NCBI GenBank assembly: GCA_040901675.1 | Contig: JBBDYJ010000031.1 | Location: 25,220 to 89,219, forward strand | DNA length: 64,000 bases | Direction: 5' to 3' | Source: Pirellulales bacterium | Lineage (GTDB): Bacteria; Planctomycetota; Planctomycetia; Pirellulales; JAICIG01 | Translations under genes and position numbers: made by a program | Shown here: positions 19,862 to 29,529 of the stretch, one piece after another | Numbering within the stretch: the stretch's first letter is position 1 | Layout of the letters: each line of letters starts with the position of its first letter | Notes under the pieces: generated by a model | What the model saw: only the letters and a program-made list of their open reading frames with translations | The model's database searches: none | What the model was told of the DNA's origin: nothing

Positions 19862-19878
19862 AGCAATACGTGTGCCAA
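19862..19878 (-). promoter_or_regulatory. Putative sigma54 promoter of the ANTAR regulator
   Basis: Minus strand TTGGCACACGTATTGCT, one mismatch to TGGCACG-N4-TTGCW. Confidence 0.8.
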
Positions 19879-20189
19879 ACCAATGAGCTGATGATTCGCC
19901 TTCAGACCGGTCGAATTTGATGGCGGTTTTTCCCTGAACCGGGGCCAGCGCGGCCGCGAGAACCAGGCACACCGGGCGCTGCTCGCTGGTCAAAACTCAT
20001 CCAGGCTGGTCCGGCCGTAGCCTGTTTATGCTCTGAACAACCGTGCGGATTCCGGCGCCGGAGGGTGCTGATGATTCATCAACCCCGGACTTCCCGGAAA
20101 AATGGTCAGCGCCGGTTCGGCCGGTTGCCGTTCGCCGGCGCCATTTTCATGGTTGACATCCGAAACGGCTTCGGCGACGCTCGGATTCG

Positions 20190-21218
20190 ATGCAATGCAG
20201 ACTGATTCCAGCGACCGTTTGGGCGGCTCTGTGCTTGGCCGCGGCGGCGGGTACGGCATTCGGCCGAGGCGAGCCGGGCGACGCCGGCTCGGCGGCGGAA
20301 AGCCGGGCCCTGGCTTTTCTGGCCCGTGAGGTGCCCCGCTGGCAAAGTGAAAACCACTGCTTTTCCTGCCACAACAACGGGGATGCCGCCCGGGCCCTGT
20401 ACATGGCCCGGCGGCTGTCGCGTGCCGTCGATCCCCAGGCCCTCCGCGAGACGTCCGCCTGGCTCGCCCGCCCGGGCGAATGGCGCAACAACGGCGGCGA
20501 TCCCCGAGCCGCCGACCACCGGCTGGCCGCGATCCAGTTCGCCTCCGCACTGGCCGCGGCCAGCGACGCGGGCCCGCTCGAGGCGGGAAAAAAGACCGCA
20601 CCGCCCGACGACACCCCGCTCGTCGCGGCCGGCCAACTGCTCGTCAAGTTCCAACGCCCCGACGGCTCCTGGCAAGTCGACGACGCTGGCCAGCTCGGTT
20701 CGCCGGCTACCTACGGCACTCCGCTGGCCACCTGGTCGGCGCGCCAGGTGCTCGTCAAGGCCGGCGGGCTGCGGTTCCGCGAGTCGATCGCAAAGGCCGA
20801 CCGATGGTTGAGCAACCTGCGGCCTCGCAGCGTGCTCGACGCCGGCGTGGCGCTGATGTACCTCGAAAGCCAGGGCCCCCCGTCGGCGGATCAGCAGCGA
20901 ATGCTGATCGATCTGCTGATCGAGTGGCAGACGGCCCGCGGTGGATGGGGACCTTATCGCGGCTCGCCCCCGCAGGTCTTCGATACGGCCATCGCGCTGG
21001 TGGCATTGTCTGGGTTCGAAAACGACGCGGCCCGGCAGGCGGTCGCGTCAGGCCGCCAATGGCTGCTGGACCAGCAGCTTGAAGAAGGCAGTTGGCCGGA
21101 GACGACGCGTCCCGCCGGCAGCCAAAGTTATGCCCAGCGGATCTCGACGACCGCCTGGGCCACGATTGCGCTGTTGGCGACGGCAAAGAACGAGAAGAAC
21201 GACGGGCCGGTGAGGTGA
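20190..21218 (+). CDS. Secreted prenyltransferase/squalene-cyclase-repeat protein with CxxCH motif
   Basis: Signal peptide; CFSCH; QRPDGSW, QTARGGW, QLEEGSW QW-type repeats; no DxDD seen. Confidence 0.8.
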   Translation: MQCRLIPATVWAALCLAAAAGTAFGRGEPGDAGSAAESRALAFLAREVPRWQSENHCFSCHNNGDAARALYMARRLSRAVDPQALRETSAWLARPGEWRNNGGDPRAADHRLAAIQFASALAAASDAGPLEAGKKTAPPDDTPLVAAGQLLVKFQRPDGSWQVDDAGQLGSPATYGTPLATWSARQVLVKAGGLRFRESIAKADRWLSNLRPRSVLDAGVALMYLESQGPPSADQQRMLIDLLIEWQTARGGWGPYRGSPPQVFDTAIALVALSGFENDAARQAVASGRQWLLDQQLEEGSWPETTRPAGSQSYAQRISTTAWATIALLATAKNEKNDGPVR

Positions 21219-21252
21219 ACGGGCGTCCAATCCAGGATCGAAATCAGGAATC

Positions 21253-22575
21253 TTATCGCCTTGGCCGGAAAGGCAGTTTAACGGTGCTGGTTTCCACCGC
21301 GCGCGAGACCGGCTCGACCAGGTCGACCTCGAAGGGCCGGCCGATGCTGTTGCCGGCCAGGTCCTCCAATCGCGTGTCGATGAGGACGCTGTAAGATTCG
21401 TCCCGCCACGGCCGGCGTGGCGTGAACTGCCAAAGCGTCTCGTGATCGGACACGGCGACTCGGCCGGCCACCAGGTCGCCCTCGGCGTCGGCCACGCGGA
21501 CCACGCGCATGAGCAGGGCGTGGTCGAGCGGCTCGGGCAGGCGGATGCGCACCGCCTCGCGCGAACCGGCGGCCGGCGCTTCGAGTTCCCACGTGCCCGG
21601 ATCGGGCGATTGGTCGTCGGGGGGCCCCACGTCGAACTCTTTGCGATAGCCGCGCCGCAACGAGCGCCCCTCGGCATCGCGCCAGGCCGCATCGACGGCC
21701 AATGTGTACCGCTTCCCTTCTTCCAGCACGGGCCCGACTTCCTCGCGCGGCTTGAGACCGCGCTTGATTCGTCCCGGATCGAAAAACACGGTGAACCGCC
21801 GCCCGGCGGGGTCCCACAGTTCCTCGCCAAGCTCCAGAAACGGCAGCTCGACCGGCTCGCCCGTTGGGCCGAGCAAGCTGAGATGCTGATACGCTTCGCC
21901 GCGGCGCATGGGGGCCGAAAAATGGATGTAGAACTTCAATTGGTTTTCAGGCAGAGTGCCGGCGCTGGGAAAGACCTGGCTGACCTCGCTCAACGCAGCG
22001 TCCGGCTCGGGGGCCGCGGGGATCGAGAACTCCGCCACCACCGGCTCCAAGGCCGCGGATTGCTCGCCGAGCCGAGGCAGCCGGCCGGGATCAAACACGA
22101 TCCGGTATCGGGCCGAGGACTCCACGCCAAACCGGGGCGTGAACCGCAGGCGCTCGCCGGCAACCTCATGCTTGCCGAGCATGGCTGGTTGGTCGTCGGG
22201 CACGCGGCCGGCTGCCACGACGTACACCGCCAGCAGCTTCGGCCAGCGGTCATCGCGGGCCGGAAGCTTGGCGAGCTCGCCCAGGCTGCCGCGATCGATG
22301 GCGGTCACCTCGAAGGCAGCCCCGCCGCCGTCAAGCTCGACCATGCGAATCGACCACGGGCGCCGGCCATCGAGCTGCGACTCCGCCGCCGCCGGCTCAG
22401 CGGCCTCGGCCGTCGGCTGCAGCCCGATTGGGACAAAGAGCAGGCCGAGAGCCAGAGCGGCAACCGCCCAGCACCGATGAGCCGCCGGCGCTTTCGGGCG
22501 GCTCATCGGTGGGCGAGTCGGTCTCGAACGGCAAACGTCGAACCGGTCGATACCGGTTTTCAGCAGCTCTTTCAC
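21253..22575 (-). CDS. Exported hypothetical protein with Ig-like (Big_5-like) domains
   Basis: GTGA coupling to the upstream gene; hydrophobic segment; LRFTPRF, IHFSAPM, WQFTP..LEDLAGN. Confidence 0.75.
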   Translation of the reverse strand: MKELLKTGIDRFDVCRSRPTRPPMSRPKAPAAHRCWAVAALALGLLFVPIGLQPTAEAAEPAAAESQLDGRRPWSIRMVELDGGGAAFEVTAIDRGSLGELAKLPARDDRWPKLLAVYVVAAGRVPDDQPAMLGKHEVAGERLRFTPRFGVESSARYRIVFDPGRLPRLGEQSAALEPVVAEFSIPAAPEPDAALSEVSQVFPSAGTLPENQLKFYIHFSAPMRRGEAYQHLSLLGPTGEPVELPFLELGEELWDPAGRRFTVFFDPGRIKRGLKPREEVGPVLEEGKRYTLAVDAAWRDAEGRSLRRGYRKEFDVGPPDDQSPDPGTWELEAPAAGSREAVRIRLPEPLDHALLMRVVRVADAEGDLVAGRVAVSDHETLWQFTPRRPWRDESYSVLIDTRLEDLAGNSIGRPFEVDLVEPVSRAVETSTVKLPFRPRR

Positions 22576-23681
22576 GGCAGCGGAACCGTCTGGAGCGACA
22601 GCGAGCCGCCCTCCGTTTGAACGAGAACTAGGGCGTTCTCCGCGTCCAGCCGATCCAACTGGTGCACGTTCTTGAGCCCCTCGATCGTTTCGTACTTCAA
22701 GCCGGCCGTCTCCTCGATCTTTTGCTCGATCCCTTCATCGGTCTCGACGTCGTCGGTGTCGATCTTCATGACGCCGCGGCTGCTATTGGCCAACAGCAGA
22801 TAGTTCTTGCCGTCCTTTTCGTACACGATCATGTCCAGCGGCCGGTTGCGGTTGCCCAGCTCGGCCACCGTCGTGCCGCGCAGCTTCGATCCGGGGCTCA
22901 ACTCGGCCACGGGGAACTTGACCAGCGGAGTGCAGGTGTACGCCGCCAGCAGATACGGCTCGCCGGCGATCGCGTAAGGCACGAACGTCCGCACGGGCGA
23001 GCGGGTCTCGAACTGCCCGTGGGCGCCGTGATAGATCTCCACGCTGGTCCCCGAATCGGCCTTGGCAAAGGGGAATGGGATCGAGCGCAGCTTCGAGGCG
23101 AACTCTTCGTTCGACAAGCCGGCCACGAACACCCGGCCATCGACAAAGGCCAGGTCGGTGATCGACTCCATCCGCTGGCTCTGTCCCCGCCGATCGCGCT
23201 CTTCCGGACCAGGCAAGTTGGGCAGCTCGGCCCGGGCATGCTTGATGTCGTCGAGCGGCAACTCGGAGAGCTTGCCCGTGTGGTCGATCCGCACGATCAC
23301 CGGCGATGCCTTGGGGCCAGGATCGCGGGCCACGGACAGGTACACCATGGCCGATTCCGGATTCACGGCCAGGTCGTTCACCTGGATCTGGTCGCTCGTT
23401 GTTCCCAGCAGGGCCGCGACCTTGTCGCCAAGCTGCTGTACCTCCAGCGGCCCGCGGGCCGATTCGACCGGGCGTTCGGCCGTGTCGAGGGCCAAGACGG
23501 CCCCGCCCAGGGGGTCGCCCACGAACAGGATCCCCTCCGGCCCGAATGCCAGAGGTCCGGCCGACTTCAGGTCGGCTGGGCCCTTTTCGGTGAGGCCTTT
23601 CGCCAGGTCGGCTGCCTGGGCCTGCGCGACCACCAGGGCAACAGCGACCAGCATCGAAACAGATCGCATCGAGATCGTCAT
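22572..23681 (-). CDS. Secreted hypothetical protein, probable beta-propeller
   Basis: AAGGA RBS; AQA-AD signal; LAFGPEGILFVGD, LAVNP, ITDLAF, PLDMI blade-like segments. Confidence 0.8.
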   Translation of the reverse strand: MTISMRSVSMLVAVALVVAQAQAADLAKGLTEKGPADLKSAGPLAFGPEGILFVGDPLGGAVLALDTAERPVESARGPLEVQQLGDKVAALLGTTSDQIQVNDLAVNPESAMVYLSVARDPGPKASPVIVRIDHTGKLSELPLDDIKHARAELPNLPGPEERDRRGQSQRMESITDLAFVDGRVFVAGLSNEEFASKLRSIPFPFAKADSGTSVEIYHGAHGQFETRSPVRTFVPYAIAGEPYLLAAYTCTPLVKFPVAELSPGSKLRGTTVAELGNRNRPLDMIVYEKDGKNYLLLANSSRGVMKIDTDDVETDEGIEQKIEETAGLKYETIEGLKNVHQLDRLDAENALVLVQTEGGSLSLQTVPLP

Positions 23682-23794
23682 GGCTGATTCCTTTCTCGAA
23701 ACCTTGTGCCAGTAAACCAGCGAGCCCCAAACCAACACCCTAGATGATGCCAAACCTGGGCGGCAAAGCAAGGAAAAACCGGTCACGAAGTCCC

Positions 23795-23860
23795 GTAGCC
23801 GGAGAGCGCCAGAATTCGGGCCGCTCTCCACTCCGCTAGAACTCTGGCGAGTCCTGCTAC
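23795..23860. repeat. REPIN-like inverted doublet (GTAG...CTAC)
   Basis: GTAGCCGGAGAGCGCCAGAATTCGGG ... AGAACTCTGGCGAGTCCTGCTAC; near reverse complement of 56554-56620. Confidence 0.85.
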
Positions 23861-23950
23861 ACCGAGATCGCCCGCGACCAGGGTGGCTGGGGCAAAGCGA
23901 TAAGCGTGCCCCAGTTGCCATGTCTGTCGAAGCTATTCTTCGGTTATTCC

Positions 23951-25180
23951 TTACTCACCGGCAATGCAATACAGGTGCCGCGCTGTGCGGACGAATATCG
24001 CCCGCCCGGCAATCGCCGGCGAAGCCAGGCAATACTCGCCCAGCCGGTTGGCGGCCAACAGCTTGAACTCGCTGCCGGCCCGGACCACGTAGGTGGTCGC
24101 TTCCTCGTTGGTTATATAAACCTTGCCGTCTCCGGCCACGCTCGAAGCGGTGAATTTTCCCGGCAGCCGCTCGCGATACAGCCGCCGCCCGCTGGCTGCA
24201 TGGTAGCAGGACAGCACCCCTGCCTCGTTATGCACGTAAAGGTGGTCGCCGTAGACCACCGGCGAGCAGACATAAGGACCGGCGCCCGGGCGGCTCCAGA
24301 CGACGTGGCTGCCGGTGACGTCGCCCGCCCCGCCGGGCCGAATGGCCATCAACGGCCCGTTGCGGCCCGAGCACGCAAAGACCAGGCCGCCGGCAAAGAC
24401 CGGGCTGGGGGCCACCCAGCCCGCCATCGTGTCGGCGTGCCACACCAGCTCGCCGCTGTCGGGATTGTAGCCGCGCACCTCGTCCTGGGCATGGACCACC
24501 AGCTCGCGCCGGTCCTGGCCGGCCGGCACGATGATCGGCGTGGCGAACGAGCGATACAGGCCGGGCCGCTCGGTGCGCCAGGCCTCGCGGCCGGTGAGCA
24601 GATCGAACGACCGCAGGCAGGAATCGAACGAGCTGAAGCGGTCGCCGTCGTGGTCGCACACCAGCAGAACACGAGGACCATCCAGGATCGGGGAAGTGGC
24701 CAGTCCCAGCTCCGATTCGAATCGTCCCAGTTGCTGCCTCCAGAGCAGTTGGCCCGACTTGTCATAACACACCAGGCCTGCCCGGCCGAAAAAGGCCACC
24801 ACGCGCTGGCCGTCGGTGACCGGAGTGGCGGCGGCGTGCCCGGTCATCGAGGATGCCACTTCCGGATCGGGGTCTTCGATCTCGCGTTTCCAGCGGACCG
24901 CGCCGGACGATCGATCGAGGCAATAGACGGCCCTGCGCAGCCCGCCGTCGAAGGCCCCCGTCAGATAGACGCAGTCGTCCTTGACGATGGGCGAAGAGAA
25001 GCCGTCCGGCTCGATGGCTGCCTTCCAACGCACGTTGTCCGTCGCACTCCACTCGACCGGCAATGGCGAGCCATCGGCGACCGCGCTGCCCAGCGGGCCT
25101 CGCCAGCTCGGCCAGTCGTCGCCGGCCCGGCTGGGCGCCAGTGCCAGGTGGATCATCCCAATCACAAGCACGAGGAGCAT
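23951..25180 (-). CDS. PQQ-binding-like beta-propeller repeat protein (BamB-like)
   Basis: DWPSWRGP, FSSPIV, ATSPIL, YVCSPVV, LASPAI repeats; start approximate. Confidence 0.9.
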   Translation of the reverse strand: MLLVLVIGMIHLALAPSRAGDDWPSWRGPLGSAVADGSPLPVEWSATDNVRWKAAIEPDGFSSPIVKDDCVYLTGAFDGGLRRAVYCLDRSSGAVRWKREIEDPDPEVASSMTGHAAATPVTDGQRVVAFFGRAGLVCYDKSGQLLWRQQLGRFESELGLATSPILDGPRVLLVCDHDGDRFSSFDSCLRSFDLLTGREAWRTERPGLYRSFATPIIVPAGQDRRELVVHAQDEVRGYNPDSGELVWHADTMAGWVAPSPVFAGGLVFACSGRNGPLMAIRPGGAGDVTGSHVVWSRPGAGPYVCSPVVYGDHLYVHNEAGVLSCYHAASGRRLYRERLPGKFTASSVAGDGKVYITNEEATTYVVRAGSEFKLLAANRLGEYCLASPAIAGRAIFVRTARHLYCIAGE

Positions 25181-25465
25181 GCGGAGGCGCCGCGGAAGGC
25201 AGGCGACGGCATACGGAGTGTGCCTGCTACTTTGATGCGGGAGGGCCGCGAGGCGGCTCGGCAGTGCGGTCATCGGCCGGGCTCAGGACAAACGAGGGGT
25301 CAAGGTAAACAACGACCGCCCGGCTTCCGATTATCATGGCGGATGCCGCCGGGCACAACCGAACGGCCGGGCTGGAGGTACAAACGGGGCCACTTGTCAC
25401 GCGCGGCGGCCTTGCTCGGCCTCCAGCGCGCTTTGAATGTAACTGACCGCAGGAGGGCATGATGC

Positions 25466-25494
25466 TTGACCTTCCCGCCCGGCGCGCTAAGAAT
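25466..25494 (+). promoter_or_regulatory. Putative sigma70 promoter of the CBS gene
   Basis: TTGACC-N17-AAGAAT. Confidence 0.5.
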
Positions 25495-25535
25495 GCCTTT
25501 GGGGAGTTGCCGTGATGGCAGCTTCGCGGCAAAGC

Positions 25536-25569
25536 AAGCCCTTCGCGCCTTGGTGCGGGTGGGCTTTTT
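25536..25569 (+). terminator. Intrinsic terminator inside the 5' leader of the CBS gene (attenuator candidate)
   Basis: AAGCCC-TTCGCGC ... GTGCGGG-T-GGGCTT then TTT(CTGTTT); upstream gene is divergent. Confidence 0.65.
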
Positions 25570-25666
25570 CTGTTTACGGCTCGGGGTTTGCACGTCAAAA
25601 AGCGTGGGCCTTGGCCGGAAGGAGTTGCCAAACGCTTCGACATCCAACTGCAAAGGAGAACGTATC

Positions 25667-26101
25667 ATGAAAGTGAAAAAGATCATGGCCGCCGACCCTG
25701 CCTGCTGCACGCCAGATTCGACGCTGCAGCAGGCCGCCCGCCTGATGGTCGAGCACGACTGCGGCGCCATTCCCGTGATCGAGCGGAACGATCATCGCAA
25801 GCCGGTAGGAATCATCACCGACCGCGACATCACGTGCCGCGCGGTGGCGATGGGCAAAAACCCGCTCGAGATGCGGGTCGCCGATTGCATGTCGCCCTCG
25901 GTCGTCACCGTGTCGCCGGAAGCCAGTCTCGAGGAGTGCTGCGACCTGATGGAGCGGGAAAAGATTCGCAGAATCCTGGTGGTCGATGACGACGGTTGCT
26001 GTTGCGGCATCGTGGCCCAGGCCGACGTCGCCCTGCACGCCGGCAAGGGCCAGACAGCCGAGGTCGTCCGCGAGGTATCGCAGCCCGCCGGACAGGTGTA
26101 G
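25667..26101 (+). CDS. CBS-domain pair protein
   Basis: AAGGAG RBS; AARLMVEHDCGAIPV, GIITDRDI, IRRILVVD; Cys-rich. Confidence 0.92.
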   Translation: MKVKKIMAADPACCTPDSTLQQAARLMVEHDCGAIPVIERNDHRKPVGIITDRDITCRAVAMGKNPLEMRVADCMSPSVVTVSPEASLEECCDLMEREKIRRILVVDDDGCCCGIVAQADVALHAGKGQTAEVVREVSQPAGQV

Positions 26102-26106
26102 AGCAG

Positions 26107-26248
26107 AGAAACCACCAAGATCACAAAGGACACAAAGAGAGTACGAGCTGACGGAATCCCTTAAGTCACCCTCGTCCGTCTTCTTTCTCCGTCGTCTTTG
26201 TGTTCTTGGTGTCCTTTGTGGTTCTCCCTTCGTCGTCTTTTGTGGTTT
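26107..26248. repeat. Imperfect inverted repeat of CACAAAGGA-type 9-mer units between convergent genes
   Basis: AACCACCAAGATCACAAAGGACACAAAGA ... TCTTTGTGTTCTTGGTGTCCTTTGTGGTT. Confidence 0.75.
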
Positions 26249-26261
26249 CCCCTCTCCGCCG

Positions 26262-26978
26262 TCAGGGCCGCTCGAACGTGCCGCGGATCTCGACGCTGAG
26301 CTTGCCGGCGTTGTCCGATGGATCGCTGTCGTACATCCGCAGCATCAGTGGACCCGACAGCTCGGACCTGAACTCCTTGCTCGACCCGATGAAAAAGGGA
26401 CGCGCTTTCTCAGGATCGCCGGCCGCCACCAGCCCCACCAGCGAACCGAGATTGAAATCGCGCAACTCCTCGGGTATCTCCATGCCGTCCGGGCCCAACT
26501 GGTGCGATATCCGGAAGCTCCAGCTCCCCTCGGCCTGGACGCTCACCGGCTTGCCCGCGATCAGAACCACGCCCGTGTCCTGCCAGCCCTTGTTCGCGTG
26601 CACCTCGATGGTTCGACGCTGGGCCGTCGCCTCCTTCTGGCGGATGCCGGCCAGCGCCTCCTCGGCGTCGGGATGCCCCGGCACCAGCTTGAGGATCTGC
26701 TCGTAGCAGGCGCGGGCCTTGTCGATCTGGTTGCCGCGCTCGTAGTCCTTGGCCAGCCGGGCCGCCTTGACCACGAAGTCCCTGTGCAACTCGAGCAGCT
26801 TGGGGTCGTCGGGAAGCTCGGGACGTTTCGGCTCCTCGGCCTGGCGCTGCTGCGCCGGGTTCGGCCGGCCGGCGGCATTCGGCCGGTTGCGCTGGCCGGG
26901 ACGCTGGGCCAGGATGCTGCCCGCCGCCAGCAGGCCGGCCAGCACAAAGACGGCCAGAGCGGTCGCGTATCGTTTCAT
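26262..26978 (-). CDS. Secreted TPR + PA-IL/LecA-like lectin-fold protein
   Basis: Signal peptide; ARACYEQILKLVPGHPDA TPR; VHANKGWQDTG..AEGSW..GSLVG..SDNAG pattern. Confidence 0.65.
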   Translation of the reverse strand: MKRYATALAVFVLAGLLAAGSILAQRPGQRNRPNAAGRPNPAQQRQAEEPKRPELPDDPKLLELHRDFVVKAARLAKDYERGNQIDKARACYEQILKLVPGHPDAEEALAGIRQKEATAQRRTIEVHANKGWQDTGVVLIAGKPVSVQAEGSWSFRISHQLGPDGMEIPEELRDFNLGSLVGLVAAGDPEKARPFFIGSSKEFRSELSGPLMLRMYDSDPSDNAGKLSVEIRGTFERP

Positions 26979-27105
26979 GATGCCTTTCCCCCGTGTGTTT
27001 CGACCCGTGTTGGCCCGCTGAACGTAGCCCCGCTGAAGATTACCCCGATCAAGGCCGCCGAGGCCGGTTGCCACCGGCTCAATCGGCCCAGTCAAATCGG
27101 CCCAG

Positions 27106-27462
27106 TCAGTCGCTCGAGTTCAACCTGTTGTTCGGGATTAACAGATCGTCGAGCACTCGCCCGCCGATCACCGTCGCTTCGACGATCCGCGGCACGTCGG
27201 CCAGCGTGACCCGGCCATACCAGATCTGCTGTGGATAAATGACCACGGTCGGCCCCAGCTCGCACTGGTCGAGACAGCCCGACAGGTTGGCCCGCACCAG
27301 CGGACCGAGATTGCGGCGCTTGATCTCCGCCTTGAAGCACTGCCGCAGCGCCTCGCTGCCGTCGGGGTTGCAGCAGCCGCGCGGGTGGCCGGCGGAGCGG
27401 GTGTTGCAGCAAACGAAAATGTGGCTGGTAAACGGCGGCACGTGGGAAGCCTTTACCTGCAT
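27106..27462 (-). CDS. Thioredoxin-like [2Fe-2S] ferredoxin
   Basis: HIFVCCN..RGCC..SGCLDQCELGPTVVIYPQQIWY. Confidence 0.92.
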   Translation of the reverse strand: MQVKASHVPPFTSHIFVCCNTRSAGHPRGCCNPDGSEALRQCFKAEIKRRNLGPLVRANLSGCLDQCELGPTVVIYPQQIWYGRVTLADVPRIVEATVIGGRVLDDLLIPNNRLNSSD

Positions 27463-27468
27463 TCTAAC

Positions 27469-29529
27469 TCATTCTGCCGAGGCAAAGAACCGGCGTTCGA
27501 GCTGCGTTTTGCCGGCCCGGATGTAGTAATCCACCAGATCCTGGCGGAGTTGGCGGGGCGAGAGCCGGCCCTGCTCGAGCCTCCGCGCCAGCCCGGCGTG
27601 CCGCTGCTGGTAGCGCCTGGCCAGGGCCAGCTCTTCAGCCGGCAGCCCCTCGGCGGCCAGCGATTCGAGCGGGCCCGAGCGCAGCACGTCACGGGCGTCG
27701 AGGAATTCGCCGCTGGAGCCGAAGGCGATCTCGTCGAGCGTCTCGACCACGGCGGCGGCCTTGGCGGCCGAAACCAGGTCCGACTCGGCATCGACCTGGG
27801 CCGCCTGGGCCAGCGCCCGCGCCAACAGCGCGTTCGTGCGCGACGCCTCGGCCAGCTTGAGCCGCAGCGACTGGAAAAGGTCGGGCGACGGCTGCAGCCT
27901 GCGGGCGGCCAGCAAGTCGGCGAAGTGATCGAAAATGGCCTCTTCCACCTCGCGGCGGGGGTCGTACATCGGCTCCTGGCGTCCGACCAGCACCAGGCCC
28001 GGCGCGAACAGCGCTCCCGTGGGCGAAATGAAGTCGTCGCCGATCGACAGCCCCAGCGTGGCCAGGTTCTCCACCGTGCGGCCCCCCGCCGCCGCCTCGG
28101 TGATCGGAAAGAACTCCTCACGCGCCAGCGGCGTCTGCAAAGAGCACAGCAACAGCAGGCCGGCACAGTACGTGTGGATCTTTTCGCCGGTCAGCGGCCT
28201 GCCCGCCAGCGGCAGCACCCGATCGGTGCGGAACGACAGATCGAACTGCGTCTCGTTGCCTATCATCTGCCGGGCGGCCTCGGCCATGCCGCGTGCCACC
28301 GCGCGGTCCGGGTGCCGCACGAACACGTAGTGCAACGTCCGCTGGACATAGGCCTCGACGTTGGTGGCCGGCATGTGAGTGCCTCGTTCCGGCAGATCGA
28401 CCAGCACCATCCGCGCGATGCCGTCGCCGCCCCGCTCGAGCGCGACGACTCCCACGTGGGTAAACAACCCCGGCGAGAGATCGGTGAACTGGTTGTACGG
28501 CGAGGGATTGCGCATCAAGAGCCAATCGCCCGGCTCGACGTCGAACGTGCCGAGACGGTAACTGCTCTCCGCCAGGCCTTCCGCCTTGCGGACCTCTAGC
28601 CACCCGAGCAGCTCGCCGTGCAGCGCCGCCGCCCCCGGCGACAGCGTCGACGGATCGACTGCCGCGAGCAGCTCGGCCAGCCGGCCGGCGGTAATAACCC
28701 CTTGGGGCAGGTCGTCGGCCGAGCCGGGGCGGGCATCCTGCGGCAGGCCGATGCGGCGGATCGTCTGCGCGATAAAAACCTTCAAGTCGGGCGGTGCCTG
28801 GTCGCTCTCCAGCACGGCCGCCAGGTTGGGCAGCAGCATCGCCTGGCCAGAGACTTCGATCAGCTCGAGCAGCCGGCGGATTTCGCCGCCATCCGGCCGC
28901 TCGGCGGCGCGGGGCGGGTCCGGCGCGAGCAGGTAGGGAGCCATTACCAGGGCACCCACCGAGCTGCGCTCGGCCAGGAACAGCTCCATCAGCTCCTGCC
29001 GCGCCTCGCGTCGCGCGGCGACGCGCTGCACTGCCGCCGCGAACGCATCGACTTGCAGGTATCGCAAGCGTCCCGACAGGTCGATCAACTCGCTGGTCGC
29101 CCGCAGGTAGGCGCGGATCTGGTTCTTGCGCTGGGGGCCCTCGTCGAGCCGGGCAAACTGCCCGCGCGTTTCGAATGCGCCGTCCAGCAGGCGGTCGACG
29201 CGTCCTTTAGCAGCCAGCAGGCTCTGCACGGCGTCGACGACCTGGCGCGGACTGCCCGCCAGCTCGCGCTCGGCAACCCGGTCTGCCCACTGTTCGATCG
29301 CTCGCGCCGCCTCGATCGTATCGGCAGCGGCCTGGTCCGAATACTCGGCGGCCCTGCCCGGCAGCTTGCGCTCCAGGTGCGCGAGCCAGGCCTGCAGCGC
29401 CTGGGTAGGCGTTTGGCGCGTCTGCGCGGCGGCCTGCGGCGCGCAGGCCGCCACGGCGGCCGCGATCAGCACCAGCCGCGCGACCGGCCGGACCGCATTC
29501 TGAAGGCCGTCGGGTTGAGGAGTCCTCAT
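27469..29529 (-). CDS. Secreted protein with a permuted papain-like NlpC/P60 (YiiX/YaeF-like) domain
   Basis: PGDWLLMR, FTHVGVV (His) preceding FDLSF..YCAGLL (Cys); helical N-terminal half; start approximate. Confidence 0.7.
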   Translation of the reverse strand: MRTPQPDGLQNAVRPVARLVLIAAAVAACAPQAAAQTRQTPTQALQAWLAHLERKLPGRAAEYSDQAAADTIEAARAIEQWADRVAERELAGSPRQVVDAVQSLLAAKGRVDRLLDGAFETRGQFARLDEGPQRKNQIRAYLRATSELIDLSGRLRYLQVDAFAAAVQRVAARREARQELMELFLAERSSVGALVMAPYLLAPDPPRAAERPDGGEIRRLLELIEVSGQAMLLPNLAAVLESDQAPPDLKVFIAQTIRRIGLPQDARPGSADDLPQGVITAGRLAELLAAVDPSTLSPGAAALHGELLGWLEVRKAEGLAESSYRLGTFDVEPGDWLLMRNPSPYNQFTDLSPGLFTHVGVVALERGGDGIARMVLVDLPERGTHMPATNVEAYVQRTLHYVFVRHPDRAVARGMAEAARQMIGNETQFDLSFRTDRVLPLAGRPLTGEKIHTYCAGLLLLCSLQTPLAREEFFPITEAAAGGRTVENLATLGLSIGDDFISPTGALFAPGLVLVGRQEPMYDPRREVEEAIFDHFADLLAARRLQPSPDLFQSLRLKLAEASRTNALLARALAQAAQVDAESDLVSAAKAAAVVETLDEIAFGSSGEFLDARDVLRSGPLESLAAEGLPAEELALARRYQQRHAGLARRLEQGRLSPRQLRQDLVDYYIRAGKTQLERRFFASAE

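Noticed and set aside
20190..21218. True squalene-hopene cyclase / terpene gene cluster
   Set aside because: Too short, has a signal peptide, no DxDD motif, no hpn genes nearby
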